Positions 1 through 12,500 of a DNA stretch of 64,000 nt are shown here, piece after piece. Each line of letters starts with the position of its first letter. Within the stretch, counting starts at the first letter, position 1. The translations under genes were made by a program, and so were the position numbers. This DNA comes from Mytilus edulis (Eukaryota). The notes beneath the pieces are model-generated. The model worked only from the letters and a program-made list of their open reading frames with translations, had not been told where the DNA came from and made no database searches. The stretch lies in NCBI RefSeq assembly GCF_963676685.1, contig NC_092352.1:28396001-28460000 (forward strand). Reading direction: 5' to 3'.

Positions 1-442
1 GCTTATAAATGTTGAAGCCAATATGATGCCATATAGATATTTTTATTTTTTATTTTTTTTTGTTTAGGAATGCATCAAAGATGAGATACAAAAACTTTAT
101 TGCTTAAAAGCAACTCTACACAATATTTTGCAATTATTTATCCAATAGCCGCTCAGAATAGCCGTAATAAGATAAGTGCAAGAATATAATGTCTAGTGGA
201 TCACCTGACTTTTCAATAATATACAGGGGCATTAATATATCATTTTTAGTTTTACCTTGGCTCAACCAGGGATGAAATGTTTAAATTCAGCACTAAAAAG
301 TTCACCTTTGATCTTGTTTCACTTATCTTTTTTGAAAATTTGAATTAATTCAAAGCAGAGCAAAACATTTATATCTATCCAAACCCATCGATTTGTATAG
401 TATATGCACAATACAATATGTCTAAACTCTAAAGATATTTAC

Positions 443-559
443 CAAACATTAAAGTGAGTTTAAAGATCACTATCAAAAAATCTGTCAGTCTGATTTTATT
501 GTTCCTGTTTCCATAGCGACGTACAATGGCTGTCAGTACCTGTCTGTTTACAGTAAAAT
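443..559 (-). CDS. Calpain A exon 18 (EF4)
   Basis: [38 protein letters not shown]; 117 nt; GAG acceptor. Confidence 0.88.
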
Positions 560-3500
560 CTCAAAAAGTAAATAAAGGAAAAGCTGTAAAAGATGTATAG
601 CGTAATGTATCATCTGCAACAAAGTAATTATAGGAAAAGATGAAAAGACACTCTGCATGTTCTTACTCCAAAAATTCAACCAAATTTCTGTATCCAACAA
701 AAAAATCATATTCTTCTTTATAAATGACACCACTCACTCATTCTTATGTCGTAATTCCTGATTTCAAAAAAGAAAAAAAATATTGATCAAAATTCAAAAT
801 TGTTCTATCTTTTTAATTACTTCCAACTCAAAATTTTGTCTTTAAAAAGAACTAAAATCAAAACTTTAACTTTCAAGAATGAACACATTATTGTCCTTAG
901 CATACCATCGATCTTAATTCAAAATATTGAAAAACAGAAAGTACGTGTCTGGCAGACCTGAAAAGTGCATACACATTTCAACTCATCACTGATAAACGGC
1001 TGACTAAATATGAAATTATTCTGTTCAATAGTACTTGAAATAAGTGTGTCAAAATTTTTTAACTTCATTTAGCCTTTGGAATAATTCATAGCTCATATTA
1101 TGCCTATTGAAGAAAGTATTTCAAAATTGAAAGTAGATATCTGATAGGTGTAAAAAGTGCTCACATACAGCGTTTTGCATTTGAGCCGATTTTGTTGCAT
1201 GTAAATTACGGGTGAATGTTATTTTTTATTTATCCTCATAAACCTCATTCGTTAGCCAGTTGTACAAATGTTATGAATTGTCAATCAATTGAGATAGCCA
1301 TTTACCAATGTCAATTAATTTGTCTTTATATTCTGTGCTTATCCCAACAGAATGGATTTTCCTCTGCCAGCTCTGAGCCAGATGAAAACGACAACTGTTA
1401 CAGTCTAATTAATATTGTGGAAAAGCATCCATTATTGCGTCAATGAATTGCTTGAAAGTCCATATGCATAACCTCGGCCACAAAAGAAAGCTGTTTTTCA
1501 CCGTAGAGATCGCAAATTATTTTCTACATCACTTCATAACACTGTTCATGTTTCGCTGGTAAGAGGGCGTATTTTTATATTGTTTTTACATCCGTGTAAA
1601 GTATGAAACTGATAAATGTATTTCGGATAGCACTTAAAAGTTCTGTCTATAAATATTGCAGATATATCATTGCAAAGACATTCAAAGCTGAGATGTGTAG
1701 AAAAAATATGTATTCCTGTCTCGTCATCATTTGCACTGACAATCCGATATGTATGGCCAGTATGTACTCACCTATGAAAAACTGTAAATGCAATTAAGAG
1801 CAAATATAGAATTGGCGCAAATGAAAAAATGAAATTGGCGCAAATGATAGAATGAAAATTTTAAAAATCGGCGCAAATGTCATACGCCCCTCACATATAA
1901 TAACTCATCACTGCACAGCTGCTGACCAAATATTAAGTCATTAGTTTCTGTAATGCCTGAGAAAAGTGTGACGAATATATTTGTTGGACTATTGTAGAAA
2001 TGGGAGAGAGGACAGAAAAGGTGAGTTTTTTATGTTTGAAAAGTGGAGTGAACTTGCAAGCCTATCCGAGTACATTTCATTAAAAAATCTTTTATCATAA
2101 TAAGGTATGGCAATGACTTGTAATTTTCAAATATATAGCAGTAAGCATGTTTATTAGAATTAATATGTTATTATGTAACTATGATATATATTGTCTGAGT
2201 ATAAAGATAGGAATTGGGAAATCTTCCTGAAAGTAAATAATTTCACAGTTATGAAACAAACCGACACTGATATAGATATATATCATTTATAGATGTTAAA
2301 AAGCAGGTTTCTTACTATTTCAAGCAGATGGATAACTTTCAAATTCTTTTTAGAACTTCATTAAAAGATGAGTGAGTCTTGTTCATCAACCCTTTTCAGA
2401 ATTGTTATTTTATGATAAGCAATGTATTTCGATAAAGCATGTTTATATTATGTTTTTATTAAGGAACTGTATTAATTCAACACAGATATATCAACAAAGC
2501 AATGTCAAACATCTTATGTGAGCCTATGTTGTACAATATTTCTAGATACTTGTACATCCATGCTCTTAATACAACAGCTAAATAATTCACTTACAGGCAC
2601 CTATATATGGACCTAAATTATTTAATAATTACATACATTTTGTAAAGTTATGAAACATATATTCATCAATCATTTTAATATTTCTATATTTTCTCCTTCT
2701 TAAATAAAAGTTAAATACAAGAATATGGTTTTAATTGAAATCGTTTTCAATTTCAATGAAAAGGACTGGAAATAGAAAGTGTTTTAAACAACAAACATTG
2801 TGACTATCACTACAACTTACTCTGTAGTAAACATATCACGAAGAAACACTACGAATAGGTACAAAGATTATAATTATGTTATTATTTGAAAAGATCAGAT
2901 ATTACAGCATATAATATATTGCATATCAGTAGAAAGCGTAGAAACTAGTTTCGTTATTTGTTGATAAATCTATGCATAACAATTGGTCCAAGTTATGGGA
3001 CATGAAATTTAATGTGAACAAATGTAAACAAATCCACTATAGAAGAAAGAATCCTGAAAATGTTTATACCATGAACAATATTGATATCACTAAAGATGAA
3101 CAAGAAAAGGATCTTGGAATTATTTTTCAAAATGATCTTAAATTTTCACATATATCAAGTAAAATAAATAAAGCCAATAGAACTTTTAACTTTAAAGATC
3201 AATATACATTTTTAAGACTATACGTTGCGTTGGTATGACCACATGTGGAATATGGAAATACAATATGGTATCCGCATTTAAAGAAAGATATTAATGCTGT
3301 AGAAACAGTGCAGATGAGAGCAACTAAATTAATTTCTGATATACGAAATGTAAGCTATGAAGAAAGATTAAAAGTACTTAAACTACCTTCCCTAACTCAC
3401 AGAAGGCGAAGAGGTGATATGATACAAGCGTTCAAAATATTAAAAGGATTCGAAGATATATCTTATGAAAGTTTTTTTACTGTCATCAGTACAAATACCC

Positions 3501-6500
3501 GTGGGCATAATTGGAAATTAGCACAACCTAGATATAACACTTCTTTTTCGATTAAGACATTTCTCACAACGTATTATTAATGATTGGAATAACCTACCAG
3601 TTGAAGTTATTTCATCTAAAACTGTGGAAGCCTTTAAAATTAGTATAGACCGTCATTTGGAGTCAGTCATGTATCAGTTAAGAAATTGATGAGGACACAA
3701 ATAGTTTTCTATATAACTTTTTAATTGTGTGAAATAATGCACCAAATCATGCAGGATTGATGATTGTATCAGTTTTGAAAGTGTACCAAAATATGGTGGG
3801 CTGAAAAGGATAGGATCCTTCCATATGAGTCCCACAACGATCTTACAGGTATAATAACACAATAGATTAAACTTACCTAAAGCCCTGAAAACTTTGCTTA
3901 GATCATATGTATCTACGCTAGCAGTCCCATCCTTGTCAAACTGCTCAAATATTCTCTGTAAAATTATAAAGCAAATCTTAAAATAATCTTAATGGTATTG
4001 ATATAAATAAAGTCATTGGGATTGACTTCCTTTTTTCTATGCACAGATATTCTCTTGCACATCCTTTGGTGTTTTGTGTCTATATAGTAATCTTAGCATC
4101 TCTCTATTTTATATTAATGTAGATTTACTTATTTTTGGTTGTACCAATTTTCTTTGAAGCACTTTATTTTTTCTAGGATACTTGAGTTCTTGGCTCAAAT
4201 AAAAGTTATACAGGAAATTGTATTTTTTTGAACATTCAAACTTGTGTTTTACTAACACTACAACAATCATTTGATTTTGGTACCCAATGAATAATAATGA
4301 ATGAATAGAAATTAGGATTTTTGTTTCACATTTCGTAGCCTGTAAATGTATTATCAGAGATCACAATTACTGTACATAACGATGTAGTTATTACCTTGTA
4401 AGCTTTAATTTCATTCCATCCTTTAACAACTTCATCAAAATTAAGTGCACCAGAACGATTTCTCTGAATTCAGGTTAAGGATGCTAACCTTATAAGTTCT
4501 TGTTCATTGTTACAATTTCTCTGTCTTCTATACGATTTTCCATTTCAAATTTCAAAAATTCAAGTACAGGTATGGATTTACAAAACATTTTTCTATGCTA
4601 TGAAAATGATCAAAGTACAAGATGCAGGTCATTGTTTAGATAAACTCCGGCATGATGCACCAAAAGAAGGTTAAAAAGAAAGAGGGGCCTTGGTGGCCAA
4701 GTGGTCTTAGTAGTTGAAATAAATGTACTTTATATCACTAGACAGTTAACACTGAGGTTGGGAATTAAATCCTGCCTGGGATTGGTGCACTGGACTTCAA
4801 TCTTAAAAGTGGTGTTCAACACCAGTCAATCAGTCAAACTAAAAGAGCAAGTGCACAACAACAAAAAACTGCTTAGACAATAAACAAACTAATGAGATCA
4901 ATAAAATCAAATTACGTCTGATCTAGATTATCTAATTAATAGGCTCTGTCAAAGAAGGTAAAACAAAACTAGAGACATAAACTCTGCAGACATCTGGAAT
5001 ACCTTTGGCCCACTATTTCATATAAAAAGGATACATCCATCAGTGTGACCAGAGATCTAGCTGCCTCTAAACTAAACAGTATGGGTTCTCCAAATTCTGT
5101 AAAAAAAATATCGCACTTATTAATTTTTTACTCAAAATCTTGTGTAAATTTGAATTTCAACATATAAGCTTGCTTTAAAAGTAAATTAATAATAGTCATT
5201 TGAATATGGAAACATAATATTGTCTTCGACTGGGGTGAGAAGGAGAAGAACAGTTACTTCACTTGAAATTTTGATTCATTATTATTCATTGGATACCAAT
5301 TTTTGTAGGTTTCGTGCTTCCCAAGTAACATCAAATTCCAATGTACAACAAATAACGAATTTTCTATTAGAATCTGAATGTATGGAGACTTTGGCAATCC
5401 ACAAAAAATTGGAAGCAACGAAAATAAATGAATACACAGTATTCGAAATGTAAGAAACATGTATTGACAATTCAAGAAGGAAGGCCTCATTATAAATCAA
5501 ATTCAGGACATATTGATCTTCCTGTTTGGTGAGAGATATTAAGGTGATCATTTAATATCTTTTCATAACAGTTGAAATGAATAACAGCAAAATAAAAGTT
5601 GTTCCTTTAATATATAACTAGATATAGGAAGATGTGATATGAGTGCCATTGAGACAACTCTCCATTCAGTAACCATTTATAAAAAGTCAACCATTATAGG
5701 TCGAGGTACGGCCTTCAACATGGAGCCTTGGCTCACACCGAACAAATAGATATAAAGGTCCCCAACAATTACTAGTGTAAAACCATTCCAACGGGGAATC
5801 AAATGGTCTAAATTCTACCTCAGGCATAGATTACCTAAGCTGTATTTGGCAAAACTTTTAGGAATTTTGATCCTCATTGTACTTCAACTTCGTACTTTAT
5901 TTGGCCTTTTTAACTTTTTTGGATTCGAGCGTCACTGATGAGTCTTTTGTAGGCGAAACGCGCGTCTGGTGTATATAAAAAAATTAGTCCAGCTGGTATC
6001 TATGATGAGTTTATCTACATAAAACTATCTTTTACTATATGAATGAATGTCTTGAGAAATCTGTCACATTATTGTTACTTCTCGTAACTTTCCCCCAAAC
6101 AAGTGATGAATCCAATCAATAAAGCTTTAACTTTCATAGTTTTTAAGTAAAGTCTGACCTTTATTGATTTATATGACTTTGGTTTCTCTTTATTAGCCTT
6201 GTAAGTTTTTTTATATTTATTACACAATCATCTCTCATATGAACCATATTAACCATACACATTTACTGATTGCGCATTTTTTGCATGAAATCCCTGAGGG
6301 GTTCATGCTTATATTATATTGGCGAGTTTTGGATGTGTCTATGGGCCACTCGATATCTCTCGGCCGGAAGTCAGAATAAAATTCTCGGAACGTCTCGAAA
6401 GTTTTCGGTCATCTATACAGGTCTGCACAGGTTGTTATCTACGTCCCTTGATGGCCCTTGACGACGCAATTATATTTGTTTTAAAACTTCCACTGTACAC

Positions 6501-9500
6501 TGAGTGTATCTGGGTCAATTATAACGTGGTATTGTCTGTTGTCTCGATAACATGTAAACAAATTATGTTTGAAGATTTAACCACGGGATACTGTGTATTT
6601 CATCATAGACTTACGGGATAGAACATTCTGTTTAAAATGTTAATTTTAGATCGGAAAACAGAAAGATAATATTCTTATCAAAAGAATTTAATTCAATCGG
6701 AATCAAAGAAATATATAAAAAATATATAGTACTTTATTTATGTTTCTGAAGAAACTAACAATGATTGAAATCAGAATATTTTCAGAGTTTCAATAAGAAA
6801 TAAGTATTTTATATGACAAGATACTCTGCTTTGGTGTTTTTAAATATTCATTTGTAAATGAAACATAAAAATTAAATCCAAATAAATTCTTGCATCCTAC
6901 AAAAAATGTTTATAAACAATAATCATTATATTTCTACCTTAATTATTTCATACCATTTTAGTATTTAGCCGGGTTTTATGAGTAATTATTATTTTTTTTT
7001 GTAATATAATATATCCGTAAAACGGAAAGTAAAATAAATTTATTAAATATTTAAATTTTAAACGGTCGTGAACAAAAATACTTGTGTTTCCAATTCATAA
7101 AGAATGATTTTAAATCCTTGCAGCTCACAACAACCGCAAAAATAATTTACAATAATCACAATAAAATTTAATTACAACCATAATGTTGATTATTTTATAC
7201 TGTTTTAGTATGGATTTAGAAGTCTTTGCTTATATTTTGTATAGTAATATATTCACACAGTTTAACCCATTTCTCTGACGTCAGACTATTGTTCTAACAG
7301 TGGATTATTTTTCAAGAATCCACTGACAACCATGTTAACTTAAGATAACTTACATCATAACTTTAAACTTTTAACTTACGATATGTTATCCTCTCAAAAA
7401 CGAGTGACTAATGAAAGGTTCGAACTCGCGCGTATTTTCGACAGTAAAGCTAGTAGTCTATGCACGATACCACTAGACCACGAGTGCTGATAAAAATTAA
7501 TATTTAAATATCACTCTTATAGCGTATATCTGCCAATAAACTGTAATTCCTGTCTTTTTGTTATCTAATATATATAATAAACACTATAAAATCAAGGAAT
7601 TGTAAACATTACAGTTATTAGTACAATTACTTGATAAAATAAACATCCATGTACACATTACACTTATCACTTCAAAGTACAAGGCCTTTCTCTTTTCATC
7701 ATAGCAAATGCTTATTTTTGTTTTTATAATGATATCATACTATGCTCACTTAATTTTTTTGTTTGTTTGATTATAAATGGTCCAAATTTACATCTACATT
7801 TAACTGACTCTTATGGGAATAAAGTGTGATAAGCTACGACTGTAAAACTACTTCTGTGACGGTACAACTAGAAACAAAATCGTCAACTTTATAGTATAAA
7901 TGAAATATAGATACCTCTAAGATTAAATATAATTTTTAGGTAGAGAAAAACATTACAAAAAAAAAATCATTCCGGGTACTAGGCTTGAACTTGGCAAAGT
8001 TAATATCACAGATATTTCTTTCGTGCCAACGACTAGACGATCACGGCTATGAACAGCAGACATGATACATTGCAAAATTGACATAATTATATATTGTACA
8101 TTTGTAACAAAAGCAATTCTGCTAGGGTTTCAGATTGCGTACCACATATAATACTAGTTCATTAACTTATTGACGATGGATACCAAATGCAATAACGTTA
8201 AAATAATCAAAACATAATAAAGAGTAACCAGTTTACACAAAATTTACGTAAAAATTTTCAATTAAGACCAATAATTGTATCTATTTTAACACCATCTGGT
8301 GTCTAGTGAAGTGGTGTTATTGTGAAATTTACAATTTAATATGGTTTAATCATTTATTAGGTGTATTGTAAATACAACCAAATGAGAGATATAAACGACA
8401 TTACCTTTCACATTATGTTTCTAAATACTATATATCTATATATTGAAGGTTTCAAAAAGTTGGTAATTATTTTTTTTTAACTTTTCAAAAAAAGATTAAA
8501 AACATTCCATATATTAATTATATGTCTTTTTGAATGAATTATGAATACTAAATTCTACTCAATATCAATTATTTGTAATGATTAAACATTGAATGAAATA
8601 ATTCTTTACAGATACAAAATCTGGTAATAAAAAGGGGAGATAACAACACATTTAAGTTAAATTGAACTTACTTTAAGTTAAATATAAATGTGAACCGTGT
8701 GGATCTAGTCATTTCCAGCCATTAGCGGAGAAAAAAGACAAAATACCTTATTATTTGCATGAAAGTCCGTTGATTCATTGTCAGATAATGAAACAGATAG
8801 TCATTTTACTAGAAATGGGTTAAGCTAGAGAATTGATAAGAAGTAGTGAATTCGAAAACGATAATCAACTCGCGACTAAAGTCGCTCGTTGATTATCGTT
8901 TACGAATCCACTACTTCTTATCAATTCTCTACTACGGAATGTTAGAATTTAAAAGTAGATTCATTCGATAAATAAAATGTCCATCCGTAAATACTTGACG
9001 TTCGTGTTTATTGATATTATATATATTCAAAAGAATTTGAAAAAAAAATTACTGACCGGAACGTTAGTTTATTATAAAATTTTAATTCAATTTTTGTTTG
9101 TTTGTTTGTTTTAATAGTTTAACCTTATAGCATCTACATATTTGTACTATGTTACGGTTTTGAAAATTGTATTCATTGTGTTGACCAACTTTCCTACACG
9201 TCTTGATTCGTTCACATTATAGATCACATTTCAAAAGCACACTATCGGTTTGCGTTCTCACAAATTCCGGATAAAATGCCAATGAATCCTGAGTCAAAAC
9301 ATTTAGTGTAGGCCGTTTGACATTCGAATTCAACTATTAGATTAAGATATGTGATGACGCAAATGTGTATTCTTTTCCTGAGCTTTCTATTTACTATTTC
9401 GTGCGCTAAAATACTACTTGCATGCAATACTATTAAATTCACTCGTGAAAGCTTATTTTCGTTTTTGTTATCTAAATTCAGGACACGGCAGAAAGAGCTT

Positions 9501-12500
9501 TACATATGACTTTCAAGCACGATCATTACTAACGGTATTCTAACCTCGAGTTGTTTCTCTTTTGTTTCTTTTTTGAGTCATTGTCCTATTATAAACTTTG
9601 ACCTTTTCGAAAAGCTAAGGATTGTCTACCCAAGGAATAGATTCCTTAACTTTGTAATGTATTTCGCCTTTTAACTTTTTTCATTCGAGCGTCACTGATG
9701 CTTTTTTGTAGACTTAACTCGTGTCTGGCGTACATCATTTTAATTCTGGTATCTTTTTATATCTACATACCTTTTTATATATTTTTTTTTAAAGTGTGCA
9801 CAGGTTTATAAACTTCTGAATTAAGAAATTCTTCGGCAAAACTAAGTTTCCCTGTAGAATGTTTGAATTGATTTAAGTAAAATCAGGAAATCCTTAAAGT
9901 TTGAGATGTTTTATGAGATCAAAATAAGTCTCTTCATAAGAGGTCCCAATCAATTGCATGCCACAGGTTTCACCGCATACAACATCTAACATGAGTAAAG
10001 ACAGCTTCAAATACGAGTCGGATATGATAGATAAAATAAATGCATCCTGAATTCCAGATTATAAAGCAAACTGAGTGTATAAAATATTGCGATAGGTTTG
10101 TGCAATTTGTATAAGTCATCTGGTTAGTAGGATTGCCAAAGGGTTATAATCGAGAAAAAAAAATATGTGCATTCCCAAATGATAAATATAATAGTCGAGC
10201 TTTAAAATAGCTATTCAAATAGAAGCTGTAAATATATACTTTCAACTGGCTTCTTCTTTTCACAGTCAATTATTTCAATTCAAAAGCAAACACAAATTCA
10301 GCAACAATCTTTTGGTGACCCGGCAGTCAGCGGTCTTAGGTTCATGTATTGCTTTTCTTTTTTTAAAGAAAGCAACTTGTTTTAGTAATTACAAGGAAAT
10401 GTAGAAGAATACCTCTATGAGACATTACTCCAACAACTCTATAAAATCAGAACACATCCTTTTCAACAATTGTCTACACCTACAGTTGAGCACGACTACG
10501 ACAGGTAATTTGTAAGGGGTCGTCTCAAAAGTATAGATTGAAAATAATACTATTGATTACTATTGGACTTATTGCTTGAAATTTATTTGATTGGCAATGA
10601 AGGTAGAGTCTAATGACATGATTTTTTTTAAAATTTTGAATGAAGAAAAGGATTATTTTTACGGCATAAAAAAGAAGAGAAAATAATGGGGGGAAAACGG
10701 TGATCTGTGATCGACTAAAAAGGAATCAAATATAAAAACGAGGCATAATGTAAAATTTGTCACATCATTAACTAAAATATCAACCATGTGAAGGCCGTAC
10801 AAATTACCAACATTTTCAGGACTTGGTTCAGGCGCAAAAAACTTGGGACGGGGTTTTATTATTCTAATTGGATAAAAAAAAAAGACGAAATTTAGAAAGA
10901 ATCATACGTACAAAAAATAGAAAAGATAATTAAACCGGCAAAGCTTTGTCAAAGAAAAGAGAAACAGAAACAATTTCTGACCCGTTGACAAAAAAATGAA
11001 ATAAAGCAATGACAGTGTAACATATAAACATATGGTTCTACGATAAAGGGACAACGTATTTTGTTCTTTTAGAACACGTACAATTATATTGGTCAATCAG
11101 TTCGTGAAGATTACCATATAATTAAATTGGACTTCCAACCCCTGATTAGCACTGTTTAAAAAAGAATTTGCAATGACAAAGCTGTATAGTAACTAGCGTG
11201 ATAAATTATAAATTCCACACGCAGGTTATTTTGCTTATAATAAACAATGATACATTGGAACGAAAAGTCAATGAAGTCCCCTACCTATTCATGAAGGAAT
11301 GCATCAACTTTAACAAGGTATCTTCAAGCGGTGTAGTCCTTCGTTGATAAAAATGGCAATTTGATCTTTCCTTCGAAATTTGGAACTTTATGTTTTTACC
11401 CCATCCGAAATTGAATATGTACACTGGGTACGGTTTTGATCGTTTGAAAAATACAAACTCGACCGTGTTTACAAGTGTGTAAGACACGGACAAACAATCC
11501 AGTTATTCTGTTTCATATTTCTCATAAATTTTCAGAAAGAAACTTTTGCAGATATACATTTATCGTTATTGGAATGCGGCAAAATTTTAAATGTTAAGAG
11601 AAAGCGGATAAGATGCGGAATGATTGCAATATTTTTTCAATCAACTCAACGTGAAATCTCGTGTAAATACAGATAGAAATATATTTTATTCCTTTTTTAT
11701 TAATAAATATGTTTTGTAGCTAACGTGAGGGTATCCAAATTGCGCCTTTTTTCACAGTTTTTTAACAAACGTTTATGTATGCTTCAGACAAAAGTTTTCA
11801 TTATGTGTTTATTTGGTAAATGTATCATTATTTGCTATATGGTTTCACCAATTTAATTTTGAATCCAGATAGAATCATAGAAAATTGGTCTAAATTTACA
11901 TGCAAACCATCAATGATTTTGCAATGAGGAGTACCCAAATTTCATCCATGCCAAAATTCGCATCGTCAAAAGTCGAATAAAAGAGCTTTTGTTTAATTTC
12001 TTCAAATATTTTGATCAATTGGATATAAGTCCATGCTTCCTTTTCAGTTTTTAAGAAATGGATACTTGTAACATACTGTATTTGCTAGTTTTAAAAAGAT
12101 GACGTTTTGATGGCGTTGCATGGCGACGTTTCCGTACATTTTGCTTTTTCAGTAAACACTTCATCTGTTGTTAAATACTGTGAACGTTTCGTGCATATCT
12201 AAATATTTTTACTTATGTTGAAAGACGTGCATTGTATCAAATCATAAAGATACAAATTACTTAGTCTTTAAGAAATCTTGTAAGATTTCTGCTGCTATTT
12301 TTTTTGATAAATAAGTGCAATTTGGGTACTCAGTGCAATTTAGGTACCGTTACGTTATATACTTTGTATAACCGCCAAATCAAATTTGTATACGTTATAA
12401 TAGTAAGACGTTTTTGTCTTTGAGACGACCCCTCCATTTTACCTGTAAACTGTAGGTGTCATTAGTCGGTGTCGAGAGTTATTGAAAAGTTCTAGTAGCA

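Noticed and set aside
256-292. Possible exon in intron 18 (AG...AG|GTAAAA; homolog ~39954-39991)
   Set aside because: 37 nt breaks the frame, has no calpain similarity, and the true exon 19 (39477-39544) fits the phase.
7396-8047. Functional tRNA genes
   Set aside because: Acceptor and T stems do not pair properly; reported only as remnants.
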